NCBI RefSeq assembly: GCF_009914755.1
Contig: NC_060934.1
Strand: one strand, 5' to 3'
From: the human T2T-CHM13v2.0 reference genome, Homo sapiens
Length of the DNA: 64,000 nt
Shown here: one piece after another, positions 30,501 through 48,042 of the stretch
Numbering within the stretch: position 1 is the first letter of the stretch
How the letters are laid out: every line of letters begins with the position of its first letter
Program-made: the position numbers and the translations under genes
The notes under the pieces: model-generated
What the model was told of the DNA's origin: nothing
The model's input: the letters and a program-made list of their open reading frames with translations, nothing else
Databases searched by the model: none

Positions 30501-33500
30501 AAGCTTTCTGAGAAACTGCTTTGTGATGTGTGCATTCATCTCACAGAGTTAAGCCTTTCTTTGGATTCAGCAATTTGGAAACACTGTTTTTGTAGAATCT
30601 GCAAATGGATATATTGGAGCCATTAAGTCCTACTATGAAAAAGGAAATATCTTCAGATAAAAACTAGAAAGAAGCTTTCTAAGAAACTGCTTTTGGATGT
30701 GTGCATTCATGTGACAGAATTAAACCTTTCTTTGGATTCACTAGTTTGGAAACACTGTTTATTTTCCATCTATGAATGAACATTTGGGAGCTCATTGAGA
30801 CCAATGGTAAAAGATTGAATATACCAGGAAAAAAACTAGAAGGAAGCTATCTGAGAAACTGCTTTGTGATGTGTGCATTTGTCTCAGAGAGTTAAAACTA
30901 TTTTTAAATTCAGCAGTTTGGAAACACTGTTTTCATAGAATCTGCCAAGGGATACTTCAGAGAGCATTGAGGCCTGTGATGAAATAGGAAACATCTTCAG
31001 ATAAAAACTAGAAGGAAGCTTTCTGAGAAACTGCATTGTGATATGTGTATTCATCTCACAGAATTAAACCTTTCTTTGGATACAGCAGCTTTGAAACACA
31101 GTATTTGTCAACTCAGCGAATGTACATTTGGGGGCACTTGGAAGCCAACTGTGAAAAAGAGAATATCCCAGGATCAAAACTAGAAGGAAGATATCTGATA
31201 AACTGCTTTGTGATATGTTCATTCATTTCACAGAGTTAAATCATCCTTTTCCTTCAGCAATTTGGAAACACTGTTTTTGTAGAATCTGCAAAGGGGTATT
31301 TCAGAGAGCATTGTGGCCTAGGGTGAAAAAGGAAACATCTTCAGATTAAAACTAGAAAGAAGTTTTCTGAGAAACTGCATTGTGATGTGTGCATTCATCT
31401 GGCAGAGTTAAACCTTTCTTTGGATTCGCCAATGGGACTATCCCAGGATAAAAAATAGAAGGAAGATATCCGAGAAAGTGCTTTGTGATATGTTCATTCA
31501 TCTCACAGAGTTAAATCATCTTTTCCATTCAGCAATTTGGAAACACTATTTTTGTAGAATCTGCAAAGGGATATTTCAGAGAGCATTGTGGCCTATGGTG
31601 AAAAAGGAAACATCTTCCAATTGAAACTAGAAAGAAGATTTCTGATAAACTGTTTTGTGATGTGCACATTCATCTCACAGAGTTCAACCATTCCTTAGAT
31701 TCAGTAGCTTCGAAACACTGTTTTTGTCCATTCTGAGGATGGATATTTGGGAGCTCATTGACGCCAATGGTGAAAAAGTGACTATCCCAGGATTAAATTA
31801 GGAGGAGGTAGTCAGAGAAGCCGCTTTGTGATGTGTGCATTCATCTCACAGAGTTAAACATTTCTTTTATTTCAGCAGTTTTGAAACACTGTTTTTGTAG
31901 AATCTGCAAAGGGATATTTCAAAGAGGATTGAGGCCTATGTGGAAAATGAAAAGTAGAAAAAAGCTTGCTGAGAAACTGCTTTCTGATGTGTGCATTCAT
32001 CTCACAGAATAAAACCTTTCTTTGCATTCAGCAGTTTGGAAACACAGTCTTTTTTATTCTGTGAATAGACATTTGGGAGCTCATTGAGGCTGATGGCGAA
32101 AAAGTGAATAACAGGATAAAAATAGAAGTAAGCTATCTCAGAAACTCCTATGTGAGTTGTGCATTCGTCTCAGAGAGGTAAAACTTTCTTTTCATTCAGC
32201 AGACTGGAAACAATGTTTTGTAGAATCTGCAAAGGGATATTTCAGAGAGCATTGAGGCCTGTGGTGAAAAAGGAAACATCTTCAGATAAAAACTAGAAAG
32301 AAGCTTTCTGGCAACCTGCTTTGTGATGTGTGCATTTTTCTCACAGACTTAAACCTTTCTTTGGATTCAGTAGTTTGTAAACACTGTTTTTGTCCATTCT
32401 ACGAATGGACATTTGGAAGCTCACTGAGGACAATGGCAAAAAAGTGAATGTCCAAGGTTAAAAACTAGAAGGAACCTATCTGAGAAACCACTTTCTGATG
32501 AGTGCATTTATCTCAAAGAGGTAAACTTTTCTGTTCAACACTTTGGAAACACTGTTTTTGTAGAATCTGCTAAGGTATATTTTGGAGAGCATTGAGGCCT
32601 ATGGTGAAAAAGGAAACATCTTCACAGGAAAACTAGAAAGAAGCTTTCTGGGAAACTGCTTTGTGATGTGTGCATTCATCTCACAGACTTAAACCTTTCT
32701 TTGGATTCAGTAGTTGGAAACACTGTTTTTGTCCATGCTGCAAATTGATATTTTGTAGCTCTTTTTGGCCAATCACTAAAAAGAGAATATTTCAGGATTA
32801 AAAACTAGATGGAAGCTATCTGATAAACTGCTATATGATGTGTGCATTCATCTCACAGTGTTAAACCTTTCTTTTCATTGAGCAGTTTGGAAATCTTGTT
32901 TTTGTAGAATCCGCAAAAGGATATTTCAGATAACATTGAGACATATGGTGAAACAGGAAATATCTTCAGATAAAAACTAGAAAGAAATTTTCTGAGAAAC
33001 TGCTTTGTGATGTGTGCATTCATGTCACAGAGTTGAACCTTTCTTTAGATTCAGGAATTTGGAAACACTCTTTTTGTAGAATCTGAAAATGGGTATTTCA
33101 AAGAGCATTGAGGCCTATGGTGAAAAAGAAAATATCTGCAGATAAAAATTAGAAAGAAGTTTTCTGAGAAATGGCTTTGTGTTGTGTGCATTCATCTCAC
33201 AGACTTAAACATTTCTTTGGATTCAGTAGTATGGCAACACATTTTTTGTCCATTCTGCGAATTGACATTTGGGAGCTCATTGAGACCAATGGGGAAAAAG
33301 TGAATATCCCAGGATAAAAAGTAGTTGGAAGCTATCTGAGAAACTGCTATGGAATGTGTGCATTCATCTAACAGAGTTATTTGTCTCTTTAATTCAGCAG
33401 TTTGGAAACACTGTTTTTGTAGAAACTGCAAAGGGAAAATTTGGAGAGCATTGTGGCCTATGGTGAAAAAGGAAACATCTATCAATAGAAACTAGAAAGA

Positions 33501-36500
33501 AGCTTTCTGGGAAACTGCTTTGTTATGTGTGCAATCATCTCACTAGTTTAACCTTCCTTTGGATTCAGCAGTTTGGAAACACTGCTTTTGTCCATTCTGA
33601 GAATAGACATTTGGGAGCACATTCAGGCCAATGGTGAAAAAGTGAATATCCCAGAATAAAATGTAGGCAGAAGCTATCTGAGAAAATGCTATGTGATGTG
33701 TGCATTCATCTAACAGAGTTAAACCTTTCTTTTCCTTCAGCGTCTGGAAACACTGTTTTTGTAGAATCTGCAAAGGGATATTTAGGAGAGAATTGAGGCC
33801 TATGGTGAAAAAGGAAATATCTTCAGATAAAAACTAGAAAGAAGTTTTCTGAGAAATTGCTTTGTGATGTTTGCATTCATCTCACAGACTTAAACATTTC
33901 TTTGGATTTAGTATTATGGAAACACTGTTTTTGTCCATTCTGTGATGGACATTTTGGAACTCATTGAAGCCAATGGGGAAAAAGGGAATATCCCTAGATA
34001 AAAAGTAGACAGAAGCTACCTGAGAAACTGCTTTGTGATGTGTGCATTCATCTAACAGAGTTAAACTTTCTTTTCATTCAGCAGTTTGGAAACACTGTTT
34101 TTGTAGAATCTGCAAAGGGATATTTCTGAGAGCATTGAGGACTATGGTGAAAAAGGAATTATTGTCAGAAAAAAACTAGAAAGCTTTCTGACAAACTACT
34201 TTGTAGTGTATGCATTCATCTCACAGACTTAAAGCATTCTTTTGATTCAGTAGTTTGTAAACACTATTTTTGTCCATTCTGGGAATGGACATTTGGAAGC
34301 TCATTGAGGCTAATTTTGAAAAATCAAATATAACAGGATAAAAACTAGATGGAAGCTATCAGAGAAACCGTTTTGTGATGTGTGCATTCATATCACAGTG
34401 TTAAACCTTCCTTTCCATTCAGCAGTTTGGAAACACTCTTTTTCTATAATCTGCAAAGGCTAATTTCGGAGAGCATTGAGATCTACATTTAAAAAGGAGA
34501 CATCTTCAGATAAATACTAGAAAGTAGCTTTCTGAAAATTGCTTTGTGATGTGTGCATTCATCTCACAGAATTCAACCTTTCTTTGGATTCAGTAGATTG
34601 GAAAGAGTGTTTCTCTACAGTTTGTGAATGGACATTTGAGAGCTTATAGAGGCCAATGTTCAAAAATCGAATATCTCAGGATAAAGCTAGATGCAAGCTA
34701 TCTGAGGAATTGCTATGTGATGTGTGTGTTCAGCTTGCACAGTTAAACTTTCTTTACATTCAGCAGTTTGGAAACACTGTTTTTGTAGAATCTGCAAAGG
34801 GATATTTCTGACAGCATTGAGGGTTATTTTGAAATAGGAAACATCTTCAGATAAAAACTATAAAAAGCTTTCTGAGAAACTGCTTTGCTATGTGTGCATT
34901 CATCTCACAGAGTTAAATATTTATTTTGATTCAGCAGTTTGGAAAAACTGTTTTCACAGAATCTGTAAGGGGATATCTCAAAGAGCTTTGAGGCGTATGG
35001 TGAAAAAGGAAACACCTTCGGATAAAAACTAGAAAGAAGCATTCTGAGAAACTGCTTTGTGATGTATGCATTCATCTCACAGACTTAAACCTTTCTTTGG
35101 ATTCAGCAGCTTGGAAACAATTTTGTCCATTCTGCGAATGGACATTTGGAAGGTCATTGAGGCCAATGGCAAAAACCGGAATATTCCAGGATAAAAATTA
35201 AAAGGAAACTATTTGAGAAACTGCTGTGTTATGTGCGCATTCACCTTGCAGAGTTAAACCTTTCTTTTCATTCAGCTTTGGAAGCACTGTTTTTGTAGAT
35301 TCTGCAGAGGGATATTTCAGAGATCATTGAGGGCTATGATGAAAAAGGAAACTTCTTCAGATACAAACTAGAAAGAAGCTTTCTGAGAAACTGCTTTGTG
35401 ATGTGTGTATTAATCTTACAGACTTAAACCTTTCTTTGGGTTCAGTAGATTGGAAACACAGTTTTTGTCCATTCTGTGAATTGATATTTGGGAGCTCACT
35501 GTGGCCAATGGCAAAAAAGTGAATATCCCAGGATAAAAACTAGAAGGAAGCTATCTGAGGAACCACATTGTGATGTGTGCATTCATTACACAGAGTTAAA
35601 CATTTCTTTTCATTCAGCAGTTTGGAAAAACAATTTTTTTTTAGAATCTGCAAAGTAATATTTCAGAGATTAATGTGAAGAAAGGAAATATCTTCAGATA
35701 AAAATGGAAAGAATCTTTCTGAGAAACTGCTTTGTGATGTGTGCATTCATCTCACAGAGATAAAACTTTCTTTGGATTCAAGAGTTTGGAAAGAGGGTTT
35801 TTGTCCATTCTGCAGATGGACATTTGCAAACTCATTGGGGCCAAAGGTGAAAAAGTGAACATCCCAGACAAAAACCTAGAAGGAAGCTAACTGAAAAGCC
35901 ACTTTTGATGTGTGCATTCATTTCACAGAGTTATACATTTCTTTTCATTCAGCAGTTTGGAAACAATGTTTTTGTGGAATCCATAATGGGATATGTCGGA
36001 GAGCATTGTGGCCTATGGTGTAAAAAGGAAACATTTTCAGATAAAAACTGAAAAGGAGCTTTCTGAGAAACAGCTTTGTGATGTGTGCCTTTATGTCACA
36101 GAGATAAAACTTTCTTTGGATTCAGCAGCTTGGAAAATGTGTCTTTGTAGACTCTGCAAAGGGATATTTTGGAGAGCATTGAGACCTAAGGTGAGAAAGG
36201 AAACATCTTCAGATAAAAACTAGAAAGAAGCATTATGAGAAACTGCACTGTGATGTGTGCATTTATCTCACAGAGGTATTTTTTCTTTGGATTCAGGTTT
36301 GAAAACATGGTTTTTGTCCATTCTGTGAATGGACATTTGGGAGGTCATTGAGGCCAATGACAAAAAAGGAAATATCACAGGAGAATAATTAGAAGGAAGC
36401 TATCTGAGAAACCGCTTTGTGATGTGTGCATTCATCTCACAGAGTTAAACCTTTCTCTTCATTCAGCAATTTAAAAACTCTATTTTTGTAGAATCTTCAA

Positions 36501-36895
36501 AGGGATATTTTGGAGAGCGTTGCAGCCTATGGTGAAATACAAAACATCTTAAGATGAAAACAAGAAGAAAGCTTTCTGAGAAACTGCTTTGTTATGTGTG
36601 CGCTCATCTCACAGATTTAAACCTTACTTTGGATTAGTAGTTTGGAAACAGTGTTTTTGTGCATTCTGAAAATGTACTCATGGGAGTTCATTGGGACCAA
36701 TGGCGAAAAAGATAATATCCCACAATATAAACTAGAAGGAGGTTATCTGAGAAACCATTTTTTGATGTGTGCATTCATCTCACAGAGATAAAACTTTATT
36801 TTCACTCAGAGGTTTGGAAGCACTGCTTTTTGGAACATGCAAAGGGATATTAAGGGGAGCATTGAGCCCTACGGTGAAATTGGAATCATTTTCAG
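21517..36895 (+). repeat. Ancient diverged dimeric alpha satellite, continuation of the same layer
   Basis: Same two monomer types. The satellite resumes in register after the TSD, with occasional AAB/ABB irregularities and small deletions (e.g. ~24113, ~31427). Confidence 0.93.
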
Positions 36896-39750
36896 CCTAT
36901 GGTGAAAAAGGAAATATCTTCACATATAAACTAGACAGAATCTTTATGAGAAACTACATTGTGATGTGGGCTTTCATCTCACAGAGTTGAATCTTTCCTT
37001 TGATTGAGAAGTTTGGGAAGAGTCTTTTCGTAGAATCTGCAAAGGGATATTTGGGATCCTTTTGAGGCCTATGGTGAAAAGGAAATATCTTCCTATAAAA
37101 ACTAGACAGAAGCTTTCTGAGAAACTTCTTTATGATGTGTGCATTCATCTCACAGAGAAGAACTTTTCATTTGATTGAGCATTTTGGAAACAGTCTTTTT
37201 CAAGAATCTGCAAAGGGATAATTGGGAGCCATTTGAGGCCTGTTTTGAAAAATTAATTATCTTCTTATAAAAACTAGAGAGCAATTTTCTGAGAAACTCT
37301 TTTGTGATGTCTGCATTCATCTCACAGAATTGAACATTTCTTTTGATTGAACGGTTTGGAAACAGTCTTTGTAGAATCTGCAAAGGGATATTTGAGGGTG
37401 CTATGAGGCCTACGCTGAAAAATGAAATATCTTCACATAAAAACTAGACAGAAGCTTTCTGACAAACTTCATTGTGATGTGTGCATTCATCTCACAGAGT
37501 TGGACATTTCTTTTGATTGAGCAGTTTGGAAACAGTCTTTTTATAGAAGCTGCAAATGGATATTTCTGAGCAGTTTTTGTCCCGTGGTGAAAAAGGAAAT
37601 AACTTCATATAAAACTAGACAGAAGCTTTCTGAGAAAATTCTTCATGATGTGCATTCAACCCAGAGTCTTGAACTTTTCTTTTGATTCAGCAGTTTGGAA
37701 ACAGTCTTTTTGTAGAATCTGCTAGGAGATATTTGGGATCCCTTTGAGGCCTATAGTGAAAAAGGAAATATGTGCACATAAAAACTATACAAAATTTTCT
37801 GAGAAACTTCTTTGGAATGTGGGCATTCATCTCACAGAGTTGAACCTCTCTTTAGATTGAGCAGTTTGGAAGCAGTATTTTTGTAGGATCTGCAAAGGGA
37901 TATTAGGGATCCCTTTGAGGCCTATGGTGAAAAAGGTAGTATCTTCATATGAAAACTAGACAGAAACTTTCTGAGAAAGTTCCTTGTGATGTGTGCATTC
38001 TTCTCACAGAGTTGAAACTTTTTTTGATTCAGCAGTTTGGAAAAGGTCTTTTTCTAGAATCTGCAAATGGATATTTCTGAGTGGTTTCAGAATTATGGTG
38101 AACAAGGAAATATCCTCACATAAAAACTAGACAGAAACTTTCTGAGAAACTTCTTTGAGATGTTTGCATTCAAGTCACAGCGTTGAACCTTTCTTTTGAT
38201 TGAGCAGTTTGGAAACAGTCTTTATAAAGAATGTGAAAAGGGATATTTGGGATCCTTTTGAGGCCTATCGAGAAAAAGGGAATATCTTCACATAAAAACT
38301 AGACAGAAGGTTTCTGAGAAACTTCTTTGTGATGAGCGCATTCATCCCACAGTGTTGAAACTTTCTTTTGATTGGGAAGTTTGGAAAAGGTTTTTCTAGA
38401 ATATGCAAAGAGATATTTCTGAGCGGTTTCAGGCCTATGGTGAAAAAGGAAATATCTTCACATAAAAACTAGACAGAAGCTTTCTGAGAAACTTTTTATC
38501 TAGTGTGCATTCAACTCACAGAGATGAACCTTTCTTTTGATTGAGAAGTTTGCAAACAGTCTTTTGGTAGAATCTGCAAAGGGATATTTGGGATCCCTTT
38601 GAGGCCTGTGGTGAAAAAGGTAATATCTTCACATAAAAACTAGACAGAAGCTTTCTGAGAAACTTGTTCATGATGTGTGCATTCATCTCACAGAGATGAA
38701 CCTTTCTTTTTATTGAGCAGTGTGGAAACAGTCTTTTTCAAGAATCTGCAAATGGATATTTGGAATCCCTTTGAAGCCTATGGTGAAAAAGGGAATATCT
38801 TCACATAAAAACTAGACAGAAGCTTTCTCAGAAAATTATTTGTGATGTGTGCATTCATTTCAAAGAGTTGAAACTTTCCTTTGATTGAGCTGTTTGGAAA
38901 CAGTCTTTTTGTAGAATCTGCAAAGGGATATTTCTGAGTGGTTTGAGGCCAATGGTGAAAAAGGAAACATTTTCATATAAAAATTAGACAGAAGCTTTCT
39001 GAGAAATTTCTTTGTGATGTGTGCATTCAACTCACAGAGATGAAACTTTTTTCTGATTCAGCAGTTTGGAATTAGTTTTCGGTAGAATCTACAAAGTGAT
39101 ACTTGGGATCTCTTTGAGGCCTATGGTGAAAAAGGAAATATCTTCACATAAAAACTAGACAGAATCTTTCTGAGAAACTTCTTTGTGAGGTTTGCTTTCA
39201 TCTCACAGAGTTGAACATTTCTTTTGATTGAGAAGTTTGGAAAGAGTCTTTTTGTAGAAACTGCTAAGGGATATTTGGGATCCCTTTGAGGCCTATGGTG
39301 AAAAAGGAAATATCTTACTATAAAAACTAGACAGAAGTTTTCTGAGAAACTTCCTTATGATGAGTGCATTCATCTCATAGAGAAGAACTTTTCTTTTGAT
39401 TGAGCAGTTTGGAAACAGTCTTTTTCAAGAATCTGCAAAGGTATATTTGGGAGCCGTTTGAAGCCTACTTTGAAAAACTAATTATCTTCATATAAAAACT
39501 AGAGGGAAATTTTCTGAAAAACTCTTTTGTGATGTCTGCCTTCATCTCACAGAGTTGAAACTTTCTTTTGATTGAGCAGTTTGGAAACAGTCTTTTTGTA
39601 GAATCTGCAAAGGGAGATTTGAGGGCGCTATGAGGCCTATGGTGAAAAAGGAAATATTGTCGCATAAAAACTAGACAGACGCTTTCTGAGAAACTTCATT
39701 GGGATGCGTGCACTCATCTCACAGAGTTGAACCTTTCTTTTGATTGAGAA
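36896..39750 (+). repeat. Monomeric ~172-bp alpha satellite layer containing a relic 13-mer
   Basis: Abrupt change to TTGATTGAGCAGTTTGGAAACAGTC...GGGATATTTGGGATCCCTTTGAGG...CACATAAAAACTAGACAGAAG. ACTAG-equivalent sites at 38639, 38811 and 38983 are 172 bp apart. Confidence 0.85.
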
Positions 39751-42700
39751 GGTTGGAAACACTCTTTTTTTAGAATCAGCAAATGGATATTTGGAGCGCA
39801 TTGAGGCCTATGTCAAAAAACTAAATATCTTCACATAAAAACTAGACAGAAGTATTTTGAGAAATTTCTTTGTAATGTATGCTTTCATCATATAGAGTTG
39901 AATCTTTCTTTTGATTGAGCAGTTTGAAAACAGTCTTTTGGTAGAATCTGCAAATGGATATTTGGAGCACTTTGAGGCCTATGGTGAAAAAGGGAACATC
40001 TTCACATAAAAACTAGACAGAAGCATTCTTAGAAAATTCTTTGTGATGTGTGCATTCATCTCACAGAGTTGAATCTTTCTTTTGTTTCAGTAGTTGGGAA
40101 ACAGTCTTTTTGTAGAATCTGCAAATGGATATTTGGAGTGCTTTGAGGCCTATGGTGAAAAAGGAAATATCTTCACATGAAAACTAGACAGAAGCATTCT
40201 GAGAAACTTCTTACTTGTGAAGAGTGCACTCATCTCACAGCATTGAACCTTCCTTTTGATAGAGCAGTTTGGAAACACTCTTTTAGTAGAACCTGTAAAT
40301 GGATATTTAGAGCCCCTTGAGTCCTTTGGTGAAAAAGGAAATATCTTCACATAAAAACTAGGCAGAAGAATTCTCAGAAACTAATGTGTTATGTGTTCAT
40401 TCAACTCACAGAGTTGAAACTTTCTTTTGATTGAGCAGTTTGTAAACACCCTTTTCATAGTATCTGCACAGGGATATTTTTGAGTCCTTTATGGCCTTTA
40501 CTGAAATAGGAAGTATCCTCACATAAAAACCAGACAGAAGCTTTTGGAGAAACTTCTTTGTGAGGGGTGCATTCATCTCACAGAGTTGAAACTTTCTTTA
40601 GATTGAGCAGTTTGTAAACGCTCGTTTCATAGTATCTGCACACAGATATTTTTGAGTTTTTTTTGGCCTTTGGGAAATAGGAAGTATCTTCACATAAAAA
40701 CTAGACAGAAGCTTTCTGAGAAACTTCTTTGTGATGTATGCTTTCATCTCAAAGACTTGAACCTTTCTTTTGATTGAGCATTCTGGAAAATGTCTTTTGT
40801 AGAATCTGCAAATGGATATTTGGAGGGCTTTGAGGCCTACAGTGAAAAAGGAAATATCTTCACATAAAAACTAGACAGAAGCATTCTGAGAAACTTCCTT
40901 GTGATGTGTGCTTTCATCTCACAGAGTTGAATCTTTCTATTGATGGCACACTTTGGAAACAGTCTTTTTGTAGTATCTGCAAAGGGATATTCGTGACTGG
41001 TTTAAGGCCTATGGTGAAAAAAGAAAACGTCTTCACATAAAAACTAGATGGAACCATTCTGAGAAACATGTTTTTGATGTGTGCTTTCATCTCACAAAGT
41101 TGAACCTTCCTTTGATTGAGCAGTTTGCAAAAACTCTTTTTGTAGAATCTGCAAATGGATATTTGGAGTGCTCTGAGGCCCGTGGTGAAAAAGGAAATAT
41201 CCACATAAAAACTAGACAGAAGCATTCTGAGAAACTTCTTTGTGATGTGTGTGTTCGTCTCATGGAGTTGCACCTTTATTTTCATTAAGCAGGTTGAAGA
41301 CACTCTTTTTGTAAAATCTGCAAGTGGATATTTGGAGCACTTTGAGGCCTATGGTGAAAAAGGAAATATCCTCACATAGAAACTACACAGAAGCATTCTG
41401 AGAATCTTCTTTAGGATGTGTGCATTCATTTCACAGAGTTAAACCTTTCTTTTGATTGAGCAGTTTTGAAACAGTCTTTTTGTAGAATCTACAAATGGAT
41501 ATTTGGAGCACTTTGAGGCCTATGGTGAAAAAGGAAATATTTCACATAAAAACTAGACAGAAGCATTCTGAGAAACTTCTTTTTGATGTGTGAATTTACC
41601 TCACAGAGCTGAACCTATCTTTTGATCACACAGGATGCACACACTCTTTTTGCAGAATCTGCAAATGGATATTTGGAGCGCTTTGAGGCCTATGGTGAAA
41701 ACGGAAATATCTTCACATATAAACTTGACAGAAGCATTCTGAGAAACTTGTTTGTGATGTGTGCATGCATCTAGCAGCGTTGACCCTTTCTTTTGATTGG
41801 GCAGGTTGGAAACACTCTTTTTGTAGTATCTGTAAAACGATATTCGGAAAGCTTTGAGGCCAATGGTGAAAAAGGGAATATCTTCACATAAAAACTAGAC
41901 AGAAGCATTCTGAGAAACATCTTTGTGATGTGTGGATTCAATTCACAGAGTTGAACCTTTCCTTTGATAGAGCAGTTCGGAAACAATCTTTTCATAGAAT
42001 CTGCACACGAATATTTGTGAGCCATTTTTGGCCTATGGTGAAATAGGAAATATCTTCACATAAAAACTAGACAGAAACTTTCTGAGAAACTTCTTTGTGA
42101 CATGTACTTTCATCTCAAAGAGTTGAAACTTTCTTTTGATTGAGCAGCTGGGAAACAGTCTTTTTGTAGAATCAGCAAATGGATATTTGGAGTGCTTCCT
42201 GGCCTAAGGTGAAAAAGGAAATATCTTCACATAAAAACGAAACAGAATCACTCTGAGAAAGTTCTTTGTGACGTGTCATTCATTTCACAGAGTTGAACCT
42301 TTTTTTCAATGGAGCAGTTTGGAAACAGTCTTTTTGTAATATCTGCAGAGGGATATTTGTGACCGGTTTAATGCCTATGGTGAAAAAGGAAATATCTTCA
42401 CATAAAAATTAGACAGAAGCATTCTGAGAAACTTCTTTGTGATGTGTGCATTCATTTCACAGAGGTGAACCTTTCCTTTGAGTGAGAAGGTTGGAAACAC
42501 TCTTTTTGTAGGACCGGCAAATGGATATTTAGAGTAGTTTGGGGCCTATGGTGAAAAAGGAAATATCTTCACATAAAAACTACACAGAAGCATTCTGAGA
42601 AACTTCTTTGTGATTTGTGCATTCATCTCACAAAATAGAACCTTCCTTTTGATTGAGCAGTTTGGAAACACTCTTTTTGTAGATTCTGCAAATTGATATT

Positions 42701-42951
42701 TAGAGCACTTTGAGGCCTATGGTGAAAAAGGAAATATCTTCACATAAAAACTAGACAGTAGCATTCTGAGAAACTTCTTTGTGATGCTTGCATTCATCTT
42801 ACAGAGTTGAAACTTTCTTATGATTGAGCAGTTTGTAAATAGTCTTTTTGTAGAATCTGCAAAGAGATATTTCCAAGCCCTTTGAGGTCTATGGTGAAAA
42901 AGAAATATGTTCACCAAAAAACTAGACAGAAGGATTCTGAGAAACTTCTTT
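39751..42951 (+). repeat. Mostly 171-bp monomeric alpha satellite (M1/SF4- or V1-like) with some 172-bp monomers
   Basis: GCAAATGGATATTTGGAGCRCTTTGAGG and AGAAGCATTCTGAG motifs. ACTAG at 39841, 40012 and 40183 is 171 bp apart. Confidence 0.85.
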
Positions 42952-43161
42952 TTTTTTTTATACTTTAAGTTTTAGGGTACATGTGCACATTGTGCAGGTG
43001 AGTTACATATGTATACATGTGCCATGCTGGTACACTGCACCCACTAACTCGTCATCTAGCATTAGGTATATCTCCCAATGCTATCCCTCCCCCCTCCCCC
43101 CACCCCACAACAGTCCCCAGAGTGTGATGTTCCCCTTCCTGTGTCCATGTGATCTCATTGT

Positions 43162-46964
<3,803 letters not shown>

Positions 46965-47027
46965 TATGATGTTAACTGGTTATTTTGCTCGTTAGTTGAT
47001 GCAGTTTCTTCCTAGTCTCGATGGTCT

Positions 47028-48042
47028 TTACATTTTGGCATGATTTTGCAGCGGCTGGTACCGTTTGTCCTTTCTATGTTTAGCGCTTCCTTCAGGAGCT
47101 CTTTTAGGGCAGGCCTGGTGGTGACAAAATCTCTCAGCATTTGCTTGTCTGTAAAGGATTTTATTTCTCCTTCACTTATGAAGCTTAGTTTGGCTGGATA
47201 TGAAATTCTGGGTTGAAAATTCTTTTCTTTAAAAAAGTTGAATATTGGTCCCCACTCTCTTCTGGCTTGTAGAGTTTCTGCCGAGAGATCCACTGTTAGT
47301 CTAATGGGCTTCCTTTTGAGGGTAACCCGACTTTTCTCTCTGGCTGCCCTTAACATTTTTTCCTTCATTTCAACTTTGGTGAATCTGACAATTATGTGTC
47401 TTGGAGTTGCTCTTCTCGATGAGTATCTTTGTGGCATTCTCTTTATTTCCTGAATCTGAACGTTGGGCGGCCTTGCTAGATTGGGGAAATTCTCCTGGAT
47501 AATATCCTGCAGAGTGTTTTCCAACTTGGTTCCATTCTCCCCATCACTTTCAGGTACACCAGTCAGATGTAGATTTGGTCTTTTCACATAGTCCCATATT
47601 TCTTGGAGGCTTTGCTCGTTTCTTTTTATTCTTTTTTCTCTAAACTTTCCTTCTCACTTCATTTAATTCATTTCATCTTCCATTGCTGATACCCTTTCTT
47701 CCAGTTGATCGCATTGGCTCCTAAGGCTTCCGCATTCTTCACGTAGTTCTTGAGCCTTGGTTTTCAGCTCCATCAGCTCCTTTAAGCACTTCTCTATATT
47801 GGTTAATCTAGTTATACATTCTTCTAAATTTTTTTGAAAGTTTTCAACTTCTTTGCCTTTGGTTTGAATGCCTCCCGTAGCTCAGAGTAATTTGATTGTC
47901 TGAAGCCTTCTTCTCTCAGCTCGTCAAAGTCATTCTCTGTTCAGCTTTGTTCCGTTGCTGGTGAGGAGCTGCCTTCCTTTGGAGGAGGAGAAGCACTCTG
48001 ATTTTTACAGTTTCCAGTTTTTCTGTTCTGTTTTTTCCCCAC
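47028..48042 (-). pseudogene. L1 ORF1 (p40 RNA-binding protein), inactivated
   Basis: KRPNLHLTGVPESDGENGTKLENTLQDIIQENFPNL...RISYPAKLSF. The start codon reads GTG (48042-48040) in place of ATG. Premature stops at ~47655-47666 in the ORF1 frame, plus frameshifts. Confidence 0.9.
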
